From an uncultured Clostridium sp. (lineage in GTDB: Bacteria; Bacillota; Clostridia; TANB77; CAG-508), in the NCBI GenBank assembly GCA_900556455.1, contig USOV01000009.1, forward strand, positions 1-28,570: a stretch of DNA of 28,570 bases. The letters are read 5' to 3'. How positions within the stretch are numbered: position 1 is the first letter of the stretch; the number at the start of each line of letters is the position of its first letter. This document shows, piece by piece, positions 8,215 to 16,311 of the stretch. Made by a program: the position numbers and the translations under genes. A model generated the notes under the pieces. That model was not told the origin of the DNA. It saw only the letters and a list, made by a program, of their open reading frames with translations, and did not search any database.

Positions 8215-9952
8215 ATTTTTCACTTTTTTTAAATATATCTGTTCCTCTGCAGCTTGTTATATAATAGATTTATCTGTATTTTCCATCCTAAGTTATTTAT
8301 TAAAAAATATACCTGGTGTAAAATACATATTAATTAGCACTGTTTGCGCAAGAATACTTTCATCTCTTATTAATTTTATTTTGAATAAAAATAAAGTTTT
8401 TGACCAAGATAAGTCAGATAAAAATAACAATGTAAATTTAATGTTAAATTATTATTTGCTAGTTATTGTACAAATGTTTATTTCTGCAATTAGTGCAGAA
8501 ATAGTTTATAAATTAACAAATTATAATTTAGTATTAATAAAATTTATAGTAGATTGCGTTATCCTTGTAGCAAATTATTTTATTCAAAAGAAATATATTT
8601 TTAATAATAAATTTATTAACTTTAAAAATTCATTCAAATCATTATTTGTTTTTATCAAGGAGAACAAGCTTATTTGTGTAATCCTATTTATATCTTTAGT
8701 TCTACATATTGCAGTATTATTCACACTAGGTGTTGACTATGGATTAAATAGTGATGATGCAAGCTATATTGCAAGTGGAATTTATTTTAAAAACAATTTA
8801 ACTATTATAATGCATGGTACTCAATCTGCTCAAATAATGCCTGGAATGACTTACTTAATAGCATTAATTTCATATTTCGTTGGCGAAGGATTAGCCTTAA
8901 TGGTAACATTAAAAATATTATGGATGCTAATGGGATTATTATCTATATTAGGAGTTTATAAAATAGTACGTTTATTCAGTAATAAAATTTTCTCATCAAT
9001 TTCTGCTGCATTCTTATTAGTAATTGACTTTATATGGATGGATAATACTATTTTAACTGAAACCCCTTTTATGTTTGGCTTTATATTTTTAATATATTCA
9101 TCACTAATGCTAGCAAGAACAAAAAAGCAAAAGTACTTTTATCAAGTAGTTGCGTTTTATATGTTTAGCATATTATTTAAAGCAAACATTGCGCCATATC
9201 CAGTATTTTTAATTATATATCTTTTATTAAATAAATATGATTTAAAATTACTTGGAAAACAAATGTTAATAAGTGCTGCTATACTCTCTGTTTTCTTCAT
9301 CCCTTGGATAATAAGAAATTATGTTGTTTTTGATAAATTTATCCCTTTAACATATGGTAGTGGTGATCCATTGTTATTAGGTACTTACCAAGGATATAAT
9401 TATCCTGAAGATAATGAAGAACAATATAAGAAATATGTAGATACTCATGCTAGTGATGAAATGAAATCATATATTAATGGTACAGCGACTGAAAAGCTTT
9501 ATAAAACAAGATACTATGACTTGGAAAAAGAAAAGCTTATAGCTCAGTACCGTATTAAAGAGTGGTGGAATCATGACAAAATTTCTATGCTAAAATCCTA
9601 TCTAATTTATAAACCATATGTTAATATGTATTGTACTTTTTACTGGGAAACTATATGGGGAATAACTAGTGAAATGATATTACTTATAAGGAAAATTGAT
9701 ATTATATTAACCATTATTTGTGGAATAGTAACTTTATTTAATAGAAAGTATTTCAAAGAATTATTATTTTTAGCTTTTAATTATATTTTCCAAATTGCCG
9801 TATACAGTTATACTTTTGCTTTTTCAAGATACGGACAAACTATACTATTTATACGCTTTATAATTATTGGTATTGGATTACAAATAATATATAATTTTAT
9901 CAAAAATAAAATAATTAAATTAAAAAACTATAAACTAGAAAAAGGAGTGTAA
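8192..9952 (+). CDS. fusion of an N-terminal GtrA-like module to a polytopic GT-C-type (ArnT/PMT/YfhO-like) glycosyltransferase
   Basis: Residues ~1-135 have GtrA hallmarks (four TM helices, NFILNKNKVF, NYFIQKKYIF). The remainder is multi-TM with an acidic first-loop motif (GLNSDDASYIASG) and a large hydrophilic loop (GTYQGYNYPEDNEEQYKKYVD...). AAGGAG lies 7 nt before ATG 8192. Confidence 0.65.
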   Translation: MIKKLINKFFTFFKYICSSAACYIIDLSVFSILSYLLKNIPGVKYILISTVCARILSSLINFILNKNKVFDQDKSDKNNNVNLMLNYYLLVIVQMFISAISAEIVYKLTNYNLVLIKFIVDCVILVANYFIQKKYIFNNKFINFKNSFKSLFVFIKENKLICVILFISLVLHIAVLFTLGVDYGLNSDDASYIASGIYFKNNLTIIMHGTQSAQIMPGMTYLIALISYFVGEGLALMVTLKILWMLMGLLSILGVYKIVRLFSNKIFSSISAAFLLVIDFIWMDNTILTETPFMFGFIFLIYSSLMLARTKKQKYFYQVVAFYMFSILFKANIAPYPVFLIIYLLLNKYDLKLLGKQMLISAAILSVFFIPWIIRNYVVFDKFIPLTYGSGDPLLLGTYQGYNYPEDNEEQYKKYVDTHASDEMKSYINGTATEKLYKTRYYDLEKEKLIAQYRIKEWWNHDKISMLKSYLIYKPYVNMYCTFYWETIWGITSEMILLIRKIDIILTIICGIVTLFNRKYFKELLFLAFNYIFQIAVYSYTFAFSRYGQTILFIRFIIIGIGLQIIYNFIKNKIIKLKNYKLEKGV

Positions 9953-9955
9953 TAA

Positions 9956-11059
9956 ATGATTAAAGTAATGACAGTTTTTGGTACTAGACCAGAAGCAATA
10001 AAAATGGCACCACTTGTTAAAGAATTAAAGTCAAGAAAAGAAATAGAATGTATTGTTTGTGTTACAGCACAACATAGGCAAATGTTAGATCAAGTTCTAG
10101 AAGTATTTGATATTACTCCAGACTATGATTTAAATATTATGAAACAAGGTCAAACCTTAAGCGATATAACAAGCAAAGCTTTAATAGGACTACAAGAAGT
10201 AATACTTAAAGAAAAACCTAATATTGTTTTAGTTCATGGAGATACAACAACAACTTTTGCAGGAGCATTAGCAGCTTTTTATACCCAAACAGATATAGGG
10301 CATGTGGAAGCGGGACTTAGAACTTGGGATAAATATTCTCCATACCCTGAAGAAATGAATAGACAAATGGTAGGAGTTTTAGCAGATATGCATTTTGCTC
10401 CAACTGAAAACAGCAAAAAAAGTTTACTTGCCGAAGGGAAAAAAGAAGAAAATATTTTTGTAACAGGAAATACTGCAATAGATGCATTAGCTACAACTGT
10501 TCAAAAAAACTATTCTCATGAAGTTTTTAATTGGCTAGGTGATAGTAAATTAATTTTACTTACTGCACATAGAAGAGAGAATTTAGGAGAACCAATGAGA
10601 CATATGTTTAGAGCTATAAAAAGAATTGTTCAAGAATACCCAGATGTTAAAGTTGTTTATCCTGTTCATTTAAATCCACGTGTTAGAGAAGTTGCAGATG
10701 AAATACTTGGAAATGATGACAGAATAAAATTAATAGAACCACTAGAGGTAATAGATTTCCATAACTTTATAGCAAAATCTCATATTATTTTAACAGATAG
10801 TGGTGGAATTCAAGAAGAAGCGCCTTCTCTTGGTAAACCTGTTTTAGTGCTAAGAGATACAACTGAAAGACCAGAAGGAATTGAAGCTGGTACTTTAAAA
10901 CTAGTAGGAACAAATGAAGAAATTATATATAATGAAACAAAAAAATTATTAACTGATAATGTAGAATATGAAAGAATGAGCAAAGCTTCTAATCCTTATG
11001 GAGATGGAAAAGCAAGTAAAAGAATCGTAGATGCAATAATAGAAAAATATAGCAAATAA
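9956..11059 (+). CDS. wecB: UDP-N-acetylglucosamine 2-epimerase (non-hydrolysing)
   Basis: Full-length match to family blocks: VFGTRPEAIKMAPL, VTAQHRQMLDQVL, VLVHGDTTT, GHVEAGLRT, PEEMNR, LLTAHRREN, DSGGIQEEAPSLGKPVLVLRDTTERPE and NPYGDGKAS. Confidence 0.95.
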   Translation: MIKVMTVFGTRPEAIKMAPLVKELKSRKEIECIVCVTAQHRQMLDQVLEVFDITPDYDLNIMKQGQTLSDITSKALIGLQEVILKEKPNIVLVHGDTTTTFAGALAAFYTQTDIGHVEAGLRTWDKYSPYPEEMNRQMVGVLADMHFAPTENSKKSLLAEGKKEENIFVTGNTAIDALATTVQKNYSHEVFNWLGDSKLILLTAHRRENLGEPMRHMFRAIKRIVQEYPDVKVVYPVHLNPRVREVADEILGNDDRIKLIEPLEVIDFHNFIAKSHIILTDSGGIQEEAPSLGKPVLVLRDTTERPEGIEAGTLKLVGTNEEIIYNETKKLLTDNVEYERMSKASNPYGDGKASKRIVDAIIEKYSK

Positions 11060-11071
11060 AGGATGTTTATT

Positions 11072-11494
11072 ATGGAAAAAATATTGAACTTATACAAGAA
11101 ATATAAAGAAATAATTAATTATTTAATAGTTGGTGTTCTGACAACTGTTGTAAGTTTAGCAGTTTATTACATAAGTGTATTTACATTTTTAAATCCAGAT
11201 AATTCTATTCAATTACAAATTGCAAATATTTTGTCTTGGATAGCAGGAGTGGCTTTTGCATATTTTACAAATAGAAAATATGTATTTGAAAGTAAAAATA
11301 AAAATAAATTACAAGAAGCTACAAAATTTGTATCTTCTCGTATAACTACTCTTTTACTAGATATGTTTATTATGTGGCTTGGTGTAACAATACTTCACTT
11401 TAATGATAAGTTAATAAAATTAGTTTCCCAAGTTTTAGTAATAGTAGGAAATTATATATTAAGTAAATTATTTGTATTTAAAAAAGAGTCCTAA
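11072..11494 (+). CDS. GtrA-family membrane protein (putative lipid-linked sugar translocation helper)
   Basis: About 140 aa with four TM helices and the motifs YLIVGVLTTVVSL, FAYFTNRKYVF and NYILSKLFVF. ATG 11072 lies 8 nt after AAGGA. The track start at 11063 abuts the RBS. Confidence 0.8.
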   Translation: MEKILNLYKKYKEIINYLIVGVLTTVVSLAVYYISVFTFLNPDNSIQLQIANILSWIAGVAFAYFTNRKYVFESKNKNKLQEATKFVSSRITTLLLDMFIMWLGVTILHFNDKLIKLVSQVLVIVGNYILSKLFVFKKES

Positions 11495-11517
11495 AATATT
11501 TAGGACTCCTTTTTTTA
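11481..11517. terminator. bidirectional rho-independent terminator shared by gtrA-like (+) and SASP (-) genes
   Basis: 8-bp stem GAGTCCTA (11486-11493) / TAGGACTC (11501-11508) with a 7-nt loop. An A-run lies before it and a T-run (11510-11516) after it. Confidence 0.6.
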
Positions 11518-11518
11518 A

Positions 11519-11683
11519 CTATGCTTTTCTATTTGCTATTTCTATTGCTTTTTTTACCATATTACCACAATCTTTAGAAGATACATTTCCCCATCCACCA
11601 TCTTGTTTTACTTTTTCATATACACCTAATTCTTTTGCAATTTCCTCTTTTAAATGTTCAGCCATAACTGTTTTACCTGTCAT
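11519..11683 (-). CDS. ssp: alpha/beta-type small acid-soluble spore protein (54 aa), absent from the supplied ORF track
   Basis: My translation of the minus strand is MTGKTVMAEHLKEEIAKELGVYEKVKQDGGWGNVSSKDCGNMVKKAIEIANRKA*. It contains both conserved SASP blocks (K-x-EIA-x-ELGV and S-x-x-CG-x-x-VK-x-x-I-x-x-A). AGGAGG lies 8 nt upstream of the ATG. Confidence 0.85.
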   Translation of the reverse strand: MTGKTVMAEHLKEEIAKELGVYEKVKQDGGWGNVSSKDCGNMVKKAIEIANRKA

Positions 11684-11762
11684 AATATAATCATCCTCCT
11701 TTAGACAAATTGTGGTTTGTCTAATAATATTATTGACGAATTTTGTTTTTTTATGTTGGTAA

Positions 11763-13136
11763 TTATTGTGTCAAAATTCCATTTGGTGTATCTATAATAA
11801 CAAGTATATTTTCTTCTCTTCCATTTTCAGCATTTATATAAACTATAAAATCCTTATCATTTACTTTTCCCTTAAATTCGTAGCAAAAAATTTCTGTTTT
11901 CCACTCTGTTGGAATTATTGCAAGCCCTGAACTAGTTATTTCTAAATTTTTATTTAAATTTTGTTTAGCTTCCCCTTCTGAAATTTTTGCTGTTGGAATA
12001 TTTCTTTCTTCATGATTATTTAAATATCCACTTGTTTCAATACCCAATATTTCTCCATTATCTAATGCAATTTTTAATTTAATTAAATCCGGATAAACTA
12101 CTACTCCATTCTGTTCATAAGCATAGTTTATTGTTACTGCATTTCCTTGTTTTAAATAATATGTCTCCTTCATATTTGCAAAATTTCTAGATTCTAAAAA
12201 TTCCTTTCCTTTGTTATTTGCCTCCTCCTGAGACATTTTTTCTTCTGCTATTTCTCTATTGTAATTCATTAAAATAATATGACCACCAGTTTTAGAAATT
12301 GATATATTCATAGGATTATTGTTATCCCCATCTTTTATTTTTATTGAAAAATCATAAACTACTATATTTCCATTTTCAATTAGTCCATTAGAATTAATTG
12401 CCTCTATTCTTTCATTTCCAACAAACTCTTTAACTATATTTTTTGCCTCTTCTTCTGAAATTTCATTTCCTGTAAGACCTTTTTTCTCTGCACTTTCTAT
12501 ATGATCTGAATATGCGCCATCATAAATTAAGCCCTCATACTCTCCAAAATTTTTATCCAAATTACTAAAACTTGCGCCAGATAAATTATCTACTTGTTGA
12601 GCTAATGCAGTATCTGTATCTTTAGTTAGTTCCTTCCAGCTTATATTTCCGCTTCCCATATCATTTAAAAGTTGTTCTAAAGTTACAGTTAAATTTGTAG
12701 AATAGTCATATAAGTTTTGTAAATTATTTAGCTCTTCATCTGTTAATTTTTCATTATTAATGCATTTAGTTGCAAGAAAATAGCTATATTCACTTACTTG
12801 GTTTAAAAATTTAGAAGTATTAGCAAGTTCATTACTAGAAATTGGCAATTGAGATAAATAAACCTGTGCTAAATTTGCTTCTCTCCACACATGCATTAAG
12901 GTTTTAGCTCCATTTTCAGCTGAAGACGAAACAATAGCCTTTGCTAAATAATTCTCAACGTCATCTATATAATCTATTAATTCATAAAAAGCTAAATTAT
13001 ATTGATTTTCTGTTTGAATTACATATTCTGTCCTTTGTCTATATAAAAACACTCCTAAAACAACAGTTGCTATAACTAGAAGTATTAAAATACCATAAAT
13101 GTAATTTTTCTTTAAATTATTCAAAAAATTCTTCAT
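11763..13136 (-). CDS. ypeB: germination protein YpeB
   Basis: N-terminal TM anchor, then the YpeB N-domain (QTENQYNLAFYELIDYIDDVENYLAKA, MHVWREANLAQVYLSQLP) and C-terminal PepSY-like repeats. It lies immediately downstream of the sleB-like gene, as in the canonical sleB-ypeB operon. Confidence 0.9.
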   Translation of the reverse strand: MKNFLNNLKKNYIYGILILLVIATVVLGVFLYRQRTEYVIQTENQYNLAFYELIDYIDDVENYLAKAIVSSSAENGAKTLMHVWREANLAQVYLSQLPISSNELANTSKFLNQVSEYSYFLATKCINNEKLTDEELNNLQNLYDYSTNLTVTLEQLLNDMGSGNISWKELTKDTDTALAQQVDNLSGASFSNLDKNFGEYEGLIYDGAYSDHIESAEKKGLTGNEISEEEAKNIVKEFVGNERIEAINSNGLIENGNIVVYDFSIKIKDGDNNNPMNISISKTGGHIILMNYNREIAEEKMSQEEANNKGKEFLESRNFANMKETYYLKQGNAVTINYAYEQNGVVVYPDLIKLKIALDNGEILGIETSGYLNNHEERNIPTAKISEGEAKQNLNKNLEITSSGLAIIPTEWKTEIFCYEFKGKVNDKDFIVYINAENGREENILVIIDTPNGILTQ

Positions 13137-13153
13137 AAAATCTTCCTTTCCTT

Positions 13154-13628
13154 TTATTCTTTACAAAAATGATGTTTTCCTATGGTTTTTACAATAGTTT
13201 TAGACCATATCCATGAATTTGTAGCAGTATTTGGGTTAAAATAATATAAACATCCGATTTGTTGGATCCCAACCATTTAAAGCATCTTGAGCAGCCTTAT
13301 AAACCGTAGAACTTTCATCAATTGGGTGATTAATTTGCCCATCAGAAACCGCAGTAAAAGCCCCAGGTTCGTATATTACCCCAGCAATAGTATTGGGAAA
13401 TTTCGAACTTTTTACTCTATTTAAAATTACTGCTCCAACAGCAACTTGTCCCTCATAGCTTTCTCCTCTTGCTTCTCCATTTATTGCTCTTGCAATTAGC
13501 TGTAAATCTGAAGTTCTTCCTGCGTTTGAGCTTGCTTCACTCGTAACTTTTACATTACTCTTTTTTGAAACTAACAATACAAAAAAGATAAATAAAATTA
13601 ATAATATTGTTTTTAACAATTTTTTCAT
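13154..13628 (-). CDS. sleB: SleB/CwlJ-family spore-cortex lytic enzyme (Hydrolase_2 domain), interrupted by a +1 frame break at in-frame CGG 13256-13254
   Basis: Signal peptide plus LIARAINGEARGESYEGQVAVGAVILNRV, YEPGAFTAV and WDPTN in frame 0. After the C at 13256 is skipped, the frame reads GCLYYFNPNTATNSWIWSKTIVKTIGKHHFCKE*, the conserved family C-terminus. That frame stops at 13156-13154, 17 nt before the ypeB start. Confidence 0.8.
13254..13256 (-). other. in-frame CGG at frame break (AAT CGG A): extra C before a conserved Gly codon, a candidate +1 recoding site
   Basis: Frame 0 stops 6 codons later. The +1 frame continues for 33 conserved codons. Confidence 0.6.
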
Positions 13629-13807
13629 AGTAATTTTATTTTACCTATTTTTCTCGAAATTATACACTTTTTAAAAATTTATGGTATAATGTTTTTATTG
13701 GATACTTTAAAATTATTATAAAGATATAATAGTCCAATGCAGGGAATACTACCCCGACGAAATTTGGCGGACTCTAGGATTAAAAAATTTATTTGAAAGG
13801 ATTGCCT

Positions 13808-14960
13808 ATGAAAAAAATTATAATTTTTTATGGTTCTTATGGTGGAGGGCATTTATCTGCTGCAAGGAGTATCAAAGAATATATAGAAGGAAATTATGCT
13901 GATACTGAAATTTTAATGGTAGATTGTATGGAATATATAAGTAAAACTATTAATAAAGTTACTACAAGGGCTTATTCAAGCATGGCAAAAAATGCTAAAT
14001 GGGCATGGGGGAAAATATATTATGGTTCTAGTAAAGGTCCATTATTTTCAATTACCAATAATTCTCAAAAAATATTAGCATTAAAATTAAATAAACTTTT
14101 ACAAGAATTTCAACCAGATTTAATAATATCTACACATCCTTTTAGTAGTCAGATGTGTGCATATTTAAAAAATAAATACAAGATTTCAAGTAAAATTGCA
14201 ACTATACTCACAGATTATTCACCACATATACAATGGCTTATGTATCCAGAACAAGTAAATTATTTCTTTGTTGCACATGATAAAATGAAATCAGAATTAA
14301 TTAAGCATGGTATCCCTGAAAATAAGGTATTTGCAACAGGAATTCCTCTTTCAAATAGGTTTTTAGCTCATTATGATAAAGAAAAAATATTGTCCGAATT
14401 TAATTTATCCACCGATAAAAAGACTATTCTATTTTTTGCTGGTGGTGAATATGGTTTTGGCAAAGATAAAACTTTAAATATTTTAAAAACATTAATTAAG
14501 TCTTTTCCTAATTTTCAAGTAATTGCAATTGCTGGCAAAAATAAAAAAATGCAAAATAATTTTGAAGAACTAGTAAAAGAAAATAATGCTTCTAATTCAG
14601 TAAAAATATTACCTTTCACTAACAAAATTCCAGAACTTATGAGTATTTCAGATTTAGTAATTTCAAAACCCCGGTGGTCTTACAACAACCGAAAGTTTAG
14701 CTTCTGGATTGCCTATTATTGTAATTAGCCCTATTCCTGGGCAAGAAACTGAAAATGCAGAATTTTTAGAGAAACATAATGTAGGCATTTGGCTTAAGAA
14801 AAATGATAATGTAGAAGAAAAATTATATGCTATTTTTAATAATCCTGAAATATTACAAAAAATGAAAATAAATGCAAGACTTTTAGCTAAAAGGAACTCA
14901 ACATCAGATATCTGCAAAATTTTATTAGAAGAAAATCAAAACAACGATACAAACATATAA
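13808..14960 (+). CDS. ugtP: MGDG-synthase/UgtP-like diacylglycerol glycosyltransferase (GT28), interrupted by a +1 frame break at in-frame CGG 14672-14674
   Basis: The N-terminus is KIIIFYGSYGGGHLSAARSI. Frame 0 reads ..DLVISKPR and then diverges. The +1 frame reads GGLTTTESLASGLPIIVISPIPGQETENAEFL, the conserved GT28 C-domain nucleotide-sugar site. AAAGGA lies before ATG 13808. Confidence 0.85.
14672..14674 (+). other. in-frame CGG at frame break (CCC CGG T): candidate +1 recoding site
   Basis: KP|GGLTTTES is restored by skipping one C of CCCC (14669-14672). Confidence 0.6.
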
Positions 14961-14973
14961 AATATTCATATGT

Positions 14974-15010
14974 AAAAAAAGCAGCCCCAATTCTGGAGCT
15001 GCTTTTTGTT
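14974..15010. terminator. bidirectional rho-independent terminator
   Basis: Stem AGCAGC-C-CC (14980-14988) / GG-A-GCTGCT (14995-15003). An A7 run lies upstream and TTTTTGTTT downstream. Confidence 0.7.
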
Positions 15011-15011
15011 T

Positions 15012-15275
15012 CTAGCACGAGGAAAAGAGCTTATGCAAAAACTCCCTCTTCTTTTCTTCTGTCTTAAACCGAAACGCATAACAAAATTTCTGAAATTCTG
15101 GTTCTCTATTCCAAGGAATCATTTCGCCTTCGCAAGACTTTGCCTTTTGAATAACTCCAATGGAAAAGCTATACAAAGCTAATGCATTATACTGCTTTTC
15201 ACATTCCCCCACAATCTCTATCTCGTTTTTGCCTGTGCATTGCCGGGTTGACAGAATGATAGAAACTTCATCCAT
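15012..15275 (-). CDS. hypothetical 87-aa protein in a compositionally atypical islet; coding status uncertain
   Basis: The ORF is open and AGAGG lies 8 nt before the ATG. By my hand count it is 103/264 G+C (39 percent), with many G/C-ending codons (CTG, ACC, GGC, GAG, AAG, CAG) unlike its neighbours. I recognise no family. It contains the only two in-frame CGG codons of the window that are not at a frame break (15245-15243, 15071-15069). Confidence 0.35.
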   Translation of the reverse strand: MDEVSIILSTRQCTGKNEIEIVGECEKQYNALALYSFSIGVIQKAKSCEGEMIPWNREPEFQKFCYAFRFKTEEKKREFLHKLFSSC

Positions 15276-15347
15276 AAAAATACCTCTTTTCTCAAAGTTT
15301 TTTGGACCTTTTAATTATACTCCTTTTTTTTCAATTTTGCAATAGTT

Positions 15348-15947
15348 TTAAATTTCTCTTCTTCCTTCTAGAGCTTGGCTTAGTGTCACTTCATCCGTGT
15401 ATTCTAAATCTCCACCTACTGGTATTCCTTGTGCAATTCTTGTTACCTTTATTCCCAAAGGTTTTATTATCTTCGATAGGTAAATGGCTGTTGCTTCTCC
15501 CTCTACTCTTGGGTTCGTTGCAAGTATTATTTCTTTAACACTATTATCAGAAAGCCTTGCAAGTAATTCTTTTATTTTAATATCATCTGGACCAATTCCA
15601 TTCATTGGAGATATTGATCCATGTAAAACGTGATAAACTCCTTTAAATTCGTGAGTTCTTTCCATTGCAATTACATCTCTTACATCTTCAACTACGCAAA
15701 TAATACTAGCATCTCTTTTAGGACTACTACAAATTTGGCATGGGTCTGTATCTGAAATATTAAAACATTTTGAACAATATTTTAAATTTTTCTTTGCCTC
15801 AACTATTGAGCTTATGAATTCCTCTGTTTTTTCTTGATCTAAGTCTAACATATGGAATGCTAACCTTATAGCTGTTTTATGCCCTATGCTTGGTAGTTTT
15901 TCAAAGTTTTCTATTAATTTTTCTATTGATGGTGAATAATATGACAT
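15348..15947 (-). CDS. recR: recombination protein RecR
   Basis: Full-length: [22 protein letters not shown] (HhH), the C4 zinc finger [16 protein letters not shown] and the Toprim block [16 protein letters not shown]. Confidence 0.95.
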   Translation of the reverse strand: MSYYSPSIEKLIENFEKLPSIGHKTAIRLAFHMLDLDQEKTEEFISSIVEAKKNLKYCSKCFNISDTDPCQICSSPKRDASIICVVEDVRDVIAMERTHEFKGVYHVLHGSISPMNGIGPDDIKIKELLARLSDNSVKEIILATNPRVEGEATAIYLSKIIKPLGIKVTRIAQGIPVGGDLEYTDEVTLSQALEGRREI

Positions 15948-15955
15948 TTTCTCTC

Positions 15956-16300
15956 CTACATTAAACCTGGTATATTGTATCTTCCAAGTGAAGCTGCTTG
16001 TGCTTCATCTACCTTTCTTAAAGCTTCGTTTACAGATGTCATTATTAAATCTTCTAACATTTCAACATCATCTGGGTCTACAACATCTTTTTGTATTTTT
16101 ATTTCCTTAATTTGTTTTGTTCCTAAAACTTTAACTGTTATTGCTCCTCCACCTGCTGTTGCCTCAAATTCTTTTGCTTGTAGTTCTCCTTGTGATTTTT
16201 CCATATCAGCTTGCATTTTTTTTGCTTCTTTCATTAATTGGTTGATGTTCATTCCACCAAATCCTCCCATACCTCCTGGGAATCCTCCTCTTTTAGACAT
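15956..16300 (-). CDS. ybaB: YbaB/EbfC nucleoid-associated protein
   Basis: [41 protein letters not shown]... is typical of YbaB. It sits between dnaX and recR as in most bacteria. Confidence 0.95.
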   Translation of the reverse strand: MSKRGGFPGGMGGFGGMNINQLMKEAKKMQADMEKSQGELQAKEFEATAGGGAITVKVLGTKQIKEIKIQKDVVDPDDVEMLEDLIMTSVNEALRKVDEAQAASLGRYNIPGLM

Positions 16301-16311
16301 ATAAAATCCTC

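Noticed and set aside
11472-11690. A 72-aa plus-strand ORF in the gtrA-ypeB gap.
   Set aside because: It is the antisense shadow of the SASP gene (11519-11683, minus strand), which has a clear RBS and family motifs.
14669-14672. A simple homopolymer run-length error as the general explanation for the frame breaks.
   Set aside because: This fits only this site, and weakly the CC in dnaX. In the other four sites the extra C follows T or G, so it does not extend a run.
15160-15538. Two plus-strand ORFs (15160-15345 and 15302-15538) around the recR 3' end.
   Set aside because: They are antisense to recR and to the 87-aa ORF. They are leucine/phenylalanine-rich and have no RBS.
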